From NCBI GenBank assembly GCA_964016885.1, contig OZ024745.1, positions 67,828,001-67,892,000 of the forward strand: a stretch of 64,000 nucleotides of DNA, read 5' to 3'. The notes beneath the pieces are model-generated. The model saw only the letters and a list, made by a program, of their open reading frames with translations, did no database searches and was not told where the DNA came from. Each line of letters begins with the position of its first letter. Position 1 is the first letter of the stretch. The position numbers and the translations under genes were made by a program. Source of the DNA: Eledone cirrhosa (taxonomy: Eukaryota). Below are positions 1 through 13,242 of this stretch, in pieces.

Positions 1-1399
1 ATACATCAGCATATGTGGTTTGATTCCTGTGTTTCTCTCAACTTTCTTTTGTCTCTAGGAGTAATTCAACCATCATTTATTGTTATCTGCATTGTGGCAG
101 CTTCCCAAAAAACAAACATATTTACAAATTTTAATTTATAAAAAATTGTTGTTGTAATAACTAACATTTAGGTAACAAGACCATTAATAATGGTTTCTGA
201 TCTAGGCACAATTTGAGGAAAGAAAAGTCAATTAGATTTACCCCAGTGCATTACTGGTACTTTATTTTATCAACCCCCATGAGGATGAAAGGTAAAGCTA
301 ACCTCAACGGGATTTGAACTCAGAACGTAAAGGGACGTAACTCTATGCTGTGAAGCATAGTGTCTGATGCTCTACCGATACTGCCTATCCTTTTTTTTTA
401 TAATAAAACATTTCTTTTACTGTTTTCATATTTACATACATGATGATGATGATGATGATGATCTATTGAATTGCTATATAATTATAGTAAGTAAATTCTG
501 ATCCATACATTTCACAGATGATTCGTAAAATCTATTTTACCTCATGGAAAAGAAATTTACAGCTTCTACAAATGCAGGTTTATGCAGCCTCATACAGGGT
601 TGCATCTCATTTCTTGTACATTTTTATGATAGGGACTCTAGGGACTCTAGTCCTATCATGAAAAGCAGCAAAAAAACTGTATATATACTATTGTATTTTC
701 ATGGTAAAGGTTTTACATCACAGTATATCGAATCTATGAGATTTTGATACTATTTGATACTAACATCAGTATGAGTGGCCAGTTACGACCAGTTTGAACA
801 GAAAGAGGTGAGAGAATTCTGGCTGGATATGGCCAGTTTAAATGCTAAAGAGTTAAAGGAATCAAACCTGCAACCTAACCACTTGGCCACATGGAGAAAA
901 AAAAATCCTTGTTGCCAATATGAGTAGCACTTCTTTAATATCTTCCAACCCATCAAAATCTCTCTCTCAATCAACTCTGCATTTCATCTATTTGGGAATT
1001 AATAAATAAAATATCAGGCCACAGTTAGAGTGTTGGACAAGTAGCCTTGTGGTATTTGTTCCAGCTCTGTGTGTTCAAATCTAATGTAGCTGAAGGGTAT
1101 TTTTATTTTATTTTTTTTTTACATAGGGTGCAGTTTGAGGGAGAGTTAGCTGTTTTTTTTCTAACATATAGAGCTCATTCATTATCTTTGTAGTAGCATA
1201 TGATAATATTCCTGCTATATCAATTAGCAGTGATAATAACTTCCTGTAATGTATTGATTAGTTAAGTGTATAATAACTACTGTAATAACAACCAAACCTG
1301 ATATTTCTAACATTTTACTAATTATCTCTAGAGCTCTGACAGCTATTCTCTTTGTATGCTCAGTAGCTTAGCTCATTATCACCAACTTAATATTTAAAG

Positions 1400-1720
1400 T
1401 GTTGTTGGAGTTTATGGGAGCAAAACATGGGTGATGAACGTGGAGCAGCAGAGATGACTTGAAAGAACAGAAGTGAGAGTGGTCTGGTGTATAAGTGGAG
1501 CATTGCTCAAAGAGAGGAGGAAGACAAACAATGCATTGATGAAGACGATGGGAATAGAGCCAGTGATGAATGTTGTGAAGAGAAATCAAATGAGATGGTT
1601 AGGGCATGTGTTGAGGAAAGATAAAAGTGACTGGGTGAGAGAAGTAATGGAAATGATTGTGAAAGTAAGTTGATCAAGTAAGAAATATCTAAAGAAGATG
1701 GAGAAGGGTTAGTGAGAGGG
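1400..1720 (+). mobile_element. Degraded RTE LINE fragment
   Basis: VKRNQMRWLGHVLRKDKSDWVR motif, with stops. Confidence 0.7.
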
Positions 1721-2026
1721 GATGCAAAGTTAACTTCTGCTTTATCAGGGAAACTGGTCTTAAAACACTTGCGTTGTTCGAGTTTAGCCCAGGTCTATTC
1801 TTAACAGACAGACCTATGATTAAAAACATTCCAAATATGTTGGTAATTTCTAAATATGTATAACTACAGTCAACGTAGAGCAGATATATAAAAAAAATTG
1901 GGGGAAAAAAGCAATCCGTACAATGGTTTTAGTCGTTAGACTGTGGCCATGCTGGGGCACCTCTTTGAAGGAATTTAGTCGATCATATCCACCTCAGTAC
2001 TTATTTTATTGATATTTATTTGTTAA

Positions 2027-2219
2027 CCCTTTAGCATTTAAACCGACCGTATCCAGCCAGGATTCCCTTACCTATTTCTGTTCAAACCGGCTGTAACTGG
2101 CCACTCATACTGATGCTAAGGCATTGTTCTCAAAATAAATATCAAAATCTTAGATTCAATATTATGTATTTAGCACGAAAATACAATAGTAAAAATAGAG
2201 TAATGTAAATGCTAAAGGG
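2027..2219. mobile_element. piggyBac-type MITE (TTAA flanks, TIR CCCTTTAGCATTTA)
   Basis: TTAA at 2023-2026 and 2220-2223. Perfect 14-bp TIR. Confidence 0.85.
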
Positions 2220-2872
2220 TTAAACTGCTAAGTTGTGGTACATAAACAGTAAATGTAAACACACACCTTCATCATCACCGTTTTACATGCTAGCATGGGT
2301 TGGATGGGTTGTCACATTCTAAAACTAGACAAGACTCATGACCACATGTTACTCATAAAATAAAAGCAAATCTATAGTCAAAAAGATTCCATTCATGCTT
2401 ATTCCATCATTTTTTTTTCAGACAGTTTATAGTTTTTTTTTTAAGATGATAGGGCACAGTATAAATCAATGTATCTATATATATATAACTGCTGCTGTTG
2501 CTGTAAGTATTTGTCAGTCTCCCTCAATAACTGTACTTGACTTTACATCAATAATATTGCACCATGTGACTCATCATCATTAAAGTCGCTTAAACGTCCA
2601 TTTTTCTTGCTAGTAAAGGATTGCATGGGTTCACATAGACCAAGTCAATACTGATCTCCCAGACAGGCCAGGGATCTGCATCTCATGTTCTATCTTCAAG
2701 ACAACTGAGAGTATTCCCAATCTTTTGTTCTGCAAAGTTTTCTATGGTTGGATACCCTTCCTATCACCAACCACTTTACAGCATGTATTGGAGGCTGTCA
2801 TTTCTTGACATGACCGAGGGAATATATATATATAAAAACCTCAATGTGAAACCTCATTTTGTTTTTAATATG

Positions 2873-2906
<34 letters not shown>

Positions 2907-2941
2907 TATATATACATACACACACATATATATATATACAC

Positions 2942-2980
<39 letters not shown>

Positions 2981-3700
2981 TATATCCAAAACATTAAGAC
3001 TATTTTCCTACTATATCAAGCGTAAAACTAATAATATTTTTCTTCATTTTACTGTATACTTCATTTGCTTTGTTATCCATTCGCATTTTGCATTCATATA
3101 TATACATATATACATATATATATACATATATATATATACATATACACATACACATACATAGCATGGAAAGTTGACGTTAAAACGACAATGATGATGATAC
3201 ACACACACATATATATTTCTAGTCGGCCGGCATGTAAAGCTTCCTGAATCGCTTTGTTGCATTAAAGAAGAATATTTCTCATATTTCAGGATAATTGTTA
3301 AAATCTTTAAAAAGACTTTTACCATTTCCATGCTGACAAAATACTGATGACATAATGCTATACATGTCAAATATAATCCAATGTTGAATTTAAAATATTT
3401 CAATGGAATATATTGATAAAGAAGGCAGAGTCATTAGAACATCGGATGGAATGTTTGGTGGTATTTCTTCAAGTTCAAATCTTGCAGAGGTCAACATTGC
3501 CTTTCATATTTTCGAGGTCAATAAAAAATAAAAAAAGTACCAATACAGTATTGGGGCTGATTTTGCTTCTATATCTCTTTTTCGCTTCCTCTTTATCTAT
3601 CTCTCCTTCTTGGGAACAAATTGACTGCATTCAAACCTGTATAGGTTTAAAATGCCTGTGTATATCACTATGGTGCCCCTACAATGCCACCAGGAGTTAA

Positions 3701-3863
3701 CCCTTTAGCATTCACATTACTCTATATTTACTATTGTATTTTCATGGTAAAGGCTTTATTTTGATATTATTTAACATCAGTAGGAGTGGCCGTTTACAGT
3801 TGGTTTAAACAGAAAGGGGTGAGAGAGTTCTGGCCAGATATGGCCAGTTTAAATGCTAAAAGG
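3701..3863. mobile_element. piggyBac-type MITE, same family
   Basis: TTAA flanks and TIRs. Opposite orientation to 2027-2219. Confidence 0.8.
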
Positions 3864-5494
3864 TTAAGGGTCCATACTAACATTGGTGAAAGAATTGAAA
3901 GTAACATTGTTTAATGACACAAATCAGTTGATAATGAGAAAGGTCATGATGCAGAAACAATAGGAAATATTTTTTTTTTTTTTTTTTTTTAAAGGCATAG
4001 ATGTGTAGTTAAGGAGTTTGCAACCATGTTTCTGGGGTTCAGTCACACTGTGTGGTACCTTGAGCATGTGTCTTCAACTATAGCCTCTGGCTGACAAATG
4101 CCTTGTGAGTAAAACTTGGAGAAGTGAAACTGTATAGAAGTCCATCCTATATATGTATGCGTGTGTTTGTTTATCCTGGAACTTAGCAATTCAACAGAAA
4201 GAGATCAATAAAATAAATACCAGACTTGAAAAATTTAAGGACTAGGATTGATGTGATTGACTAAATCTTTTTAAGGTGGTGCTCCCACATGGGCACATTG
4301 TAATGACTAAAATCAATATAAAAATATTACATCAAATCTTTTTCTGATTAAAATATCAATACATATTGTAATTTGTTATTATTTCATAGGTGAATAATCG
4401 TGTTCTAACCTTGAACTTCTTGTCTTTTTGTATGTTAGGGACTAAATTGTTTAATGGAACAATTTGAGGGAGATTTTTGCTACCATTTCTATTGAGTAGT
4501 AAATTTAACCTTGGATGACAGATTTAATGTTAGTTTTAATACTACCCTATGATCTTTGAGTACCTTTAGCAGAGTTCACTCTGTTACAAGCATTTGGACC
4601 AGTAGACCAGTTCTTGGTTTGAAGATAATTTCCTCCCTTCCTCATACTAGGGAAGGGGGTTATAAATGTTGCCTTTCCCTCCCTAACAAAACAGAAAAAA
4701 AAAAAAGAAAAAAAAAGCATGCCTAGTAGGCTCACATAATCGTGTTACTTCAAGCAAGTTTGTATTTTAGTTTAAAATATTTAAGGGACTTACTATATTG
4801 AAACCCCAACACACACTTAACTTTATTTCAGTTGAGTTTTCAAATATTTACGGGGATATCAAATTTTATCATATATAATCTTTTATAAGTCTTCTAATCT
4901 CTTATTTATAACTTGATATTTCTATAAGATTTCTACTCAACCTGTGTCTATTCCACATTACATAAATTATCAGCTTTCATCTATAAACAAAAAACCGCCC
5001 CAACAAAACGACAAATTAATCAACCAATGAAGTAACATCTTATTTAACTATTTCTGTTTCTTGGAGACATTATATATATTTTTTTTAATATTCACTTGTT
5101 TATCATATATCTTGCAGATTTTCCTCTCTACTAATGAAAACTTAATCACTTAAAGGAGGATGTTTATTTTACCTCTGCCTCAAAAAACAAGAAAGAAAAG
5201 AGCCAACAATCAAATTGTAACAAGGAACCAATGCTAACACTATCTGCTGGTCACAACTCCTGGTAGAAGGATTTGAACTCAGAACACGAAGCTGGATCAG
5301 ATACTGCAAAGCATCTTGTACAACTTTTTTTAAAACTATTTTCCTAATCTACTGCTTTGGAGTATTATTTTATCTATCAACCTCAAAAGGATGAAAGGCA
5401 AAATAAACCTGAAAACATATAGAAGTGAAATAACTACCAATGCTTTAACAACAAAGCCAAATAGCTGCCATTCTACTTCAAGATTTTGTATTAA

Positions 5495-5874
5495 CCCTTT
5501 AGCATTTACATTACTCCATATTTACTATTATATTTTCATGGTAAAGGCTTTACCTCACATAACAGCAACTCTATATTTTGATCAGTGGATTGGCAGTATC
5601 GGTAGAGTCGGACGCCATGCTTTGCAGCAAAGAGTTACGGCCCTTTACGGCCTGGGTTCAAATCCCGCGGAGGTTAACTTTGCCTTTCAACCTTACGGGG
5701 GTCGATAAAATAAAGTACCACTGGGATGATTGCTAGCTTGTGCCAAAAGTAGAAACAATTATTTATTTTGAGACAATACCTTAACATCAGTATGAGCGGC
5801 CAGTTACAGCCGGTGTGAATAGAAAGGAGTGAGGGAATTCTGGCCAGATACAGACAGTTGAAATGCTAAGGGGG
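5495..5874. mobile_element. piggyBac-type MITE interrupted by a SINE (~5582-5763)
   Basis: TTAA flanks and TIRs. The nested SINE is flanked by a TATTTTGA duplication. Confidence 0.8.
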
Positions 5875-7456
5875 TTAATTAAGTCTCCAAACCACCACTA
5901 GTACATTTAGATGATATATTTTGCAAAAACAAACATTTGAACATTTGGAACATGTATCATGTATTCCTTTAATCATTAAACTTATCAAGTCAACAAAAGT
6001 TGTCACGTGGCCTGCTAGAAATAACAGCCAAATTCTCTAAAACCACACACTATCACCATAGTTCTCAAAATGTGTTCCATGGTATACTAGTATGCCACAA
6101 GAATGTTACAATATTTTAAGAATGTCAAAAATACAAACTGAAATTCAAAAAATTTAGTCTTAATAAATATGCTTCATTTATTGATAATTTTCTGGAGTTT
6201 AAATTATTTATCAAATAAAATATGTAAATAAGTTTTTAATACATTTTTTTACTTTATGTACAAAATATAGTGAAATATTGTTTATCTGCTTAATAGTGCG
6301 ACTAAAGTAAAGAACATATAGGAACATGGCGGAGGGAATGGACTTCTGTCGGTTTCCACAACGTTCCAGCCTGTTCATGAAATTAATGTGTAAGTGGCTG
6401 AGCATTCCACAGATGTATGAATCCTTAAAGTAATTCTCAGGGTAACTCAGTGTCGCACAGTAATGTGACAAGGCTGGTTTTTTGTATTACAGATGCAGTC
6501 CGTCCATTGGGCTTCCCAACAGTTTCTGTCTACTCAATTTTACTCAAGGCTTCGGTTGTCCCAGAGCTATCTTAAATGACACCTGCCCATGATGCCAGGC
6601 AGTGGAATTGTGAAGTGAATTCCTGAACCATTTACTTGAATCCAAAACTTAATGATTGTGAAGTGAATTCCTGAACTATTTACTTGACCATAGAGTGACC
6701 AATGGTCTAACATATCAATCTTGTCAATAAATATCCTATTCACTCTGCCTATTATGTATATCTGTCTTTTCTATAACTGTCTATCGAAACCAGTGATTGC
6801 AAAAAGGTGACCTGCAGCACCAGAATGTCAATAAATGAATAAAATTGTATTTCAAAAACGTAAAAAATTCAAACTATTTGAAATTCTAAATATTAAATCT
6901 CAAAACTATATTTCTGTCATTGATTAAAGAAATAGCGGCTGAATTTTCTGTGGTTTAAATTATTCATATTTATGTGCTAAAATAACATTTTTTAAAAGCA
7001 TAGGAACTACTGCCATAACTGCCTAAAAGTGGAAGGTCAATATATATTTATGTATACAAAAGACTAGATAGTTATGGCTGGAAAACTGTCAAACCATACA
7101 TCTACTCAATTGGAGATGATCTTTGACTAAACAACTGTTAATTTTATACACCAATTTTCTTTGTGTATAATACAACCCATCTTTTTGAAGCTTAAAAAAA
7201 TAAAAACAGGAATGAAATATATCCTTGAATATAATATAACACCATGCCTATGTAAAATATTTTGTTAAACTTGTACCATGTAACCCAACAAAATCCCAAT
7301 CTTATACATAGATTTCACTACAACCTTCAGTTTCTCATGACACTAAAGAACGTCTAGACATGGGCTTATCTATCCTACTTCCTCTTTCAAAACAAGTTTT
7401 CATATTTTCGGAAAATGTACTAACTTAACATAATGCATTCTAATCATTTTCCTTAA

Positions 7457-7654
7457 CCCATTAGCATTTAAACAAATCATATCTGGCCAGAATTCTCTCA
7501 CCTCTTTCTATTCAAACTAGCCGCCCATACTTATGTTAAGTTATTGTTCTCAAAATAAATAATATGAAAATCTCATAGATTCAATATTATGTGAGATAAA
7601 GCCTTTACCATGAAAATACAATAGTAAATATAGAGTAATGTAAATGCTAAAGGG
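7457..7654. mobile_element. piggyBac-type MITE, same family
   Basis: Left TTAA, TIRs, and internal similarity to the other copies. Confidence 0.78.
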
Positions 7655-8651
7655 ATAAGGTGTTAATAATCAAGCTAATATATGACTTTACAAATTTTTT
7701 TTTTTAAATTACTAAGTATGTTTGACCCCCGAAGCCACTACTTCTTCAAGTTGAGAGATCTCAGCTTCATTACAACTGGCATGTGGTTAGAATGTCTCAG
7801 GAAAGAATTGCTGAAGAACCAGGCGTAGACCCTAAGCAAGATGGTAGGATAACATCCATAAGCTCAGCTGGACTTACTTAGGAATCCAGCCAGATCAATT
7901 GGTGACAGTTGTTTCTCACAGGACCTACTGGAGGGCATACTTGAGGATTCTGCCCCCCATGACCCTCCCAGGAATAAGTGGGCAAAGAAGAAGTATGTTT
8001 AATCCAAAACATTTATACAAATATTGCTGATATATCAAATTCCATTTGTAAACAATTATTATCAACATATTGTCATTTGAAGTGAGCAATTCTAAGCTTG
8101 TAAACATTTCTGAAAACGTGTACATGTAAATATATGACGCACCCACCTTTTGCCTTTAATTTTAGTTCAAAGTTTCTATTATACAAGAGAAAATACAGAG
8201 GTCTCATTTACATCATATATTTATTCCATTATCTTCAGATATCTTTATTTTGTTTTTACTGGTTTCAGCCATGCTAGGGTAGTCAAAGAAATTTAGTTGA
8301 TCACATTGATACAAGTGCATATTTTTACAACTTATTTTATCAATCTCTTTTTGTCAAACTGCTAAGCATAAACAAACAGTAAAAGTAAACAGACACACAC
8401 ATACATATAATATGTATATATATATATGTGTGTGTGTGTGTAAGTAGTGGAAACTAGTAAAGTTATTTTATGTTACTTTGTTTTAAAACATTTTCACTAA
8501 ACCATGCTAGCGTGGAAGATAGATGATGTTTTATATATATATAAATATATATATATATAGAGAGAGAGAGAGAGTGATCTGCGGTGTTATGACCAACGAA
8601 CAACTAATCATGGGAGTACTCAATGCATGGGGAGATGCAGAGTGGGTATAG

Positions 8652-8772
8652 AGATATGTAAAATCCCGACCACACCACCAAGCGGTTTCAGCTTGTGTGT
8701 TCACTCTTGAAAAGGTTTGCTGAACACAGAAGCTGAAACCGCTTGGTACCGCGATCAGGATTTTACATATCT
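8652..8772. repeat. Long imperfect hairpin (~52-bp arms) in a Penelope-like repeat
   Basis: GAGATATGTAAAATCC...GCGGTTTCAGCTT..TGTTCA pairs with TGAACA..AAGCTGAAACCGC...GGATTTTACATATCTC. A related flank lies at about 51170-51285. Confidence 0.75.
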
Positions 8773-11700
8773 CGTGCGCTTATATATATATATATATAAG
8801 GGACCTCTACCAAATTTCCATTACAAGACATTGAGCAACTTAAAGCTACAGTAGAAGACACTTGACCAAAGTATTTTACTGTGGGACTAAAAAGAAGATT
8901 ATGTACTTTTCAAGTGAACTACTTAACCATACAGCCATGCTCATGTCTGCACACAATTTATAGAGAAAAGTGAAAAAATTACACAAAAAAACCTATCAAA
9001 GAAAGATAACTAATACTTCACTGCTATAATCCTTTATTTAACATATTTCTAATGAAACACACTATGGTTTTCAAATAATTGCGAAAATAATGAAGATCCC
9101 GCCTTTTTGGGGGAGAGGGGTAATAATATAACTTTCTCGTTATCAACCCTTTTGATACCAAATTGCCTGAAAATTTCCAAAGATAATCTAATGGTTTAGC
9201 GAGGAGTAAGACTCTCTCCCATATTGGTGAGATTAATATGGTTGATGTTCAGTTCCAGCCTTCATATGTCTATGTCTGCAGGAAGGAATGTAAAGGTTGA
9301 TGATTTGGAGAGGAAAACGGGAAGATAATGTGGGATGTGAGGTGAAAGTGAGAAGGGAAGAAATGTGTATCTGACTGGAATTTGTAAAATTTAGATTTTT
9401 TTCTTAATGGTTAGATAAAATGACTACAGCAAGTCATGTATGTTGCTAGAGGAAGATGATACAATATCATCATTGTTTAACATTGGTTTTCCACACTAGC
9501 ATGGGTTAGGCGAGTTGTCCCATTTGAGATAAGTCAGGTCTTGCTCATACAAAACTGTTTCAGGTTTGGTTTCAACAGCTGGATGATCCTCCTAACACCA
9601 ATAATATATATATATAAATCATGATGGAATCAGTTTGAAACTGGTTAGACCATTACTCTAAAGAGTACTCGATACTTGGGGTAGTAGAGTAGTTATATTA
9701 TAAAGAGTCAAGACCCTGACGGCTGAGCTCTTGCCATTTCAAAAGCTAGTTCCAGACCTGAGTCTGACTTGGTCCCTATGGCTCCCAATGTTGTGCCACC
9801 AGCACTACCAATATATATATATATATACACCTGAGCTAGACAGTTTGTGCAGTCATAGGTATATGTCCTTAATGCCAACCATTTTTAGTCACCTTTATGA
9901 CATTCTGGGATATTGTGTATCTCGTCTAAAAACCAGGAGCTACAAGAAACTGCTTTGATTGTCCCGTTTGAAACCTGGACTCCAAGATTAGATATTCCTA
10001 AAGATCCATGAAGGAATAATCAATCTTGTCATGCCACAAGTCAACCTTATTACCAAAAGCAGTGCAGTCATGCCTATTCTATCATATTATACCATGTAGT
10101 ATTATCTTATGTGTCACTTCCTTTACCCTGATGATTAGGTGTGATTTGAGGGAGGTTTAGATGCTTTTTCTAGCAGATCAAGTGACTACCATGAAACTGT
10201 GTTATAGCTCAGTCAGGTATCTTCAAACAGGAGATCTGGCATGAATGTTTACAACAGAATAGAGTCTGCTAAAGGTGCCTAGGACCCAGGTGGTGGTTTT
10301 AAACGAGGCAAGGGATTATGTCTGCCACCAAAGTCCGCCACGGCGAGATTTGAATTCAGAATGCCAGGAGCGGGACTAAATAATGCAAATTCGACGCATT
10401 GACGATTTTACTAATATGCCGTCCTAGACTGACCCTGGAAGAATAAAAGGTAAATGACCTCAGTAAGCTTTTAACTCGGAGGTATAAAAATTCAGCTAAT
10501 CCATCGCCATGGGTTGGTATTTTATTTTACCGACTCCGAAGGGCCAGAAGGCGAAGTTAACATTAGCAGGTTTTTAACTCGCTGTGTAGAGAGCTAAAGC
10601 AAGTACCGCGTGGTATTTTGTCGTATACCTTAACAATTCAGCCAATTTGCGGCCCGATTAGGATATTCAATAGTGGATTGCGACTAAACATTCAATTCTG
10701 ACTTGAGTTGGATCCCATCTAATCAAAACATATTTAGGTCAATGAATTCTCAGTCTATCATTGCTGCGTAGCTTAGCGGGATGAAGAGTAATTATGTTAT
10801 AACGTTTGAAGAGTCTCCTAAGGTTAGCAACAGCTGAATACAAACAAATGAAACTAAGTAATTTTCAACGGAAACATTGACAGGATAAATTGATTACGTT
10901 ATTTATCAATAACTAAAAAGATCGAATATTCGGTGATACCAAAATCTGCATCATTATCTCCCCTGAACCTAAAATCAATTTATATATAAACTATTACATA
11001 AAATTGTAATGTAATGTGTAATGTTTTCATTCAATTTTCAGTTCGTTTGTTTTTACACTGACACGACAGAGAAAGGTGTATAATAAACCCAATTTTTATA
11101 TATGGCGGGGCGAGGTCGACCGTGCAGGGCGGGGGAGGACATCGTGAACAGCAATGGGATGTACAATAATAGACAGTGCCGGATTAGCCTAGAAATAGTA
11201 CTTTATGCAGTTCTATACTGCCTTGAACCATTAATTCTCATGTTTTAAAAAATTAGAGCCCCGAACTAACCTAATCAGACACTAGACAGACAAGACGAAA
11301 GAGTCAGTGATCGATGTTTAAATTAAGCATTAAATCATACCATCCCAATTGGATTATGAATATTAATAATAAAAATTAATTCAGTTTCTATATATGTATT
11401 TTATAAATATCTATCTAATTGTCGAAGAAAAATCTAAAAGATGAATTCCTTCACATTTAGTGTGGCCACCCAACCTGCTAAAAATAGCAGCCAAGTTCCC
11501 GGGGAAAGCACAGAGCACATTGCTTAATACAAAATGACGTCTTTTATTAGATGTGCTCGATCAAGGACTAAACAACAATAACTCCCGTTTGGTTAACATA
11601 TATTCTGTAGATGAATAGCAATCAGAACGTTCGTTTATACTTAGGAAAATAAAATATTAATGCACTGCTGCCTTCAGCGGAAACGACGGTTGATAAACAT

Positions 11701-13198
11701 TTTAGAATTCAAATTCATCGACAGTTTAAGGTAAAAAATATTCTGAGCCAATATTTAAGCAATCTTTTGTATTTAAGTTTCGGTTACACAATAACAACTA
11801 AATGAATTCAACTGAATTGAAAAATACATTTGAAAGGTCAATATATATAAGTTAAAATATGTTATTCATAGACTATCTAACAACAATAATTACTATGAAG
11901 GCTGAGAAGTCTTTTAAAAATATACAAATGATTTGTTTTTGTAAATCATAAACACTTTATAAACTAGGGTACCATTGACAATAGATCTCGTTTAAAGAAA
12001 TGAAAATATCTTGCCCAATTTATTATTCAATTCACATGCTCCACTCAAGTATAAACATATATATAGATATACATATATATACACACTAGAACCAACGGAA
12101 CCCTAACGTTAGTATATATACGCAATGCATCTGGTGAATTGGACGAAATATTTGCATTTTTTTCACTAACCATAAATTGTATATGATCTTAATATTTCTC
12201 TAATATAAAACTCGTTTACGGTAGAAATATGTATTTGTGATTAGAATTCCACGACTTCCCTTTATTCTATTATTATACACCAAAAATAAGATAACAAACG
12301 AGAAAGGGCTTAACTAGTTTAGTGTCTCTTTTCGACTTTGTTTCCTTACAACTTTCATAATGCGATTTTAATGAACTTTTGCAGATACACTTTCGAATGT
12401 ATAGATTGTGATTATGTTGAAATAAAAAAAAAAACAATTTCGGAATTCATAGTTGTAGAAAACCTGACATTTTTCTGATTGATAATATTCATTATCAACA
12501 TGAACTAGGAGGGTTGATTTATAACATTTCTGAGTTCACAATTACTACAAACACATATCGAAAGTAACTAAACAATGAAAATTTTTTTTTTTTTTTTATC
12601 AATATAATCGTAATTTCCATCATGGAAAACGTATTTGCTAAATTTGATTAAAAAAGTTGAGGAAACAACGAGGAGAGAACGGCACTAAACTGCAGTTATG
12701 ATCGTAAACGATAAGCAAACCATCATAAAATTTACACAACTTTTCTCAGAAATAAATATATTAAGTATCATACAGTTTATAAGAATACAACAAAATGTTT
12801 ACATAAATAAAAACGAAAAACGGATCAAAGCCGGAAGCAGAATTGCAGAAAACCCGCCAATTTCCCCCCAACTTAACACCTGAAACATCGAGTTATGTCG
12901 ATATATAAATATTCATTTGGTATATTTATTAACGATCGCTGTCAATATAATCAAACGAAGTGAAGCAAAAAAAAAAAAAAGAGAGAGCGTAGACTATACC
13001 AAGCAAAAGAAAAAAATTAATAATAATAAATAAACAAAATAAAACGATCTGCTAGAGTGTTTGTATTTGTCAGGGCCGTAACGGTTTTCCCACTGAAAAC
13101 ATCTAGCCCTTATAACTTTAACAACACATCACTCATCTCAAAGATAGTTTATTACAATACACTCTTTTCATTATAACACGCACTCATGCACACATCAA

Positions 13199-13242
<44 letters not shown>

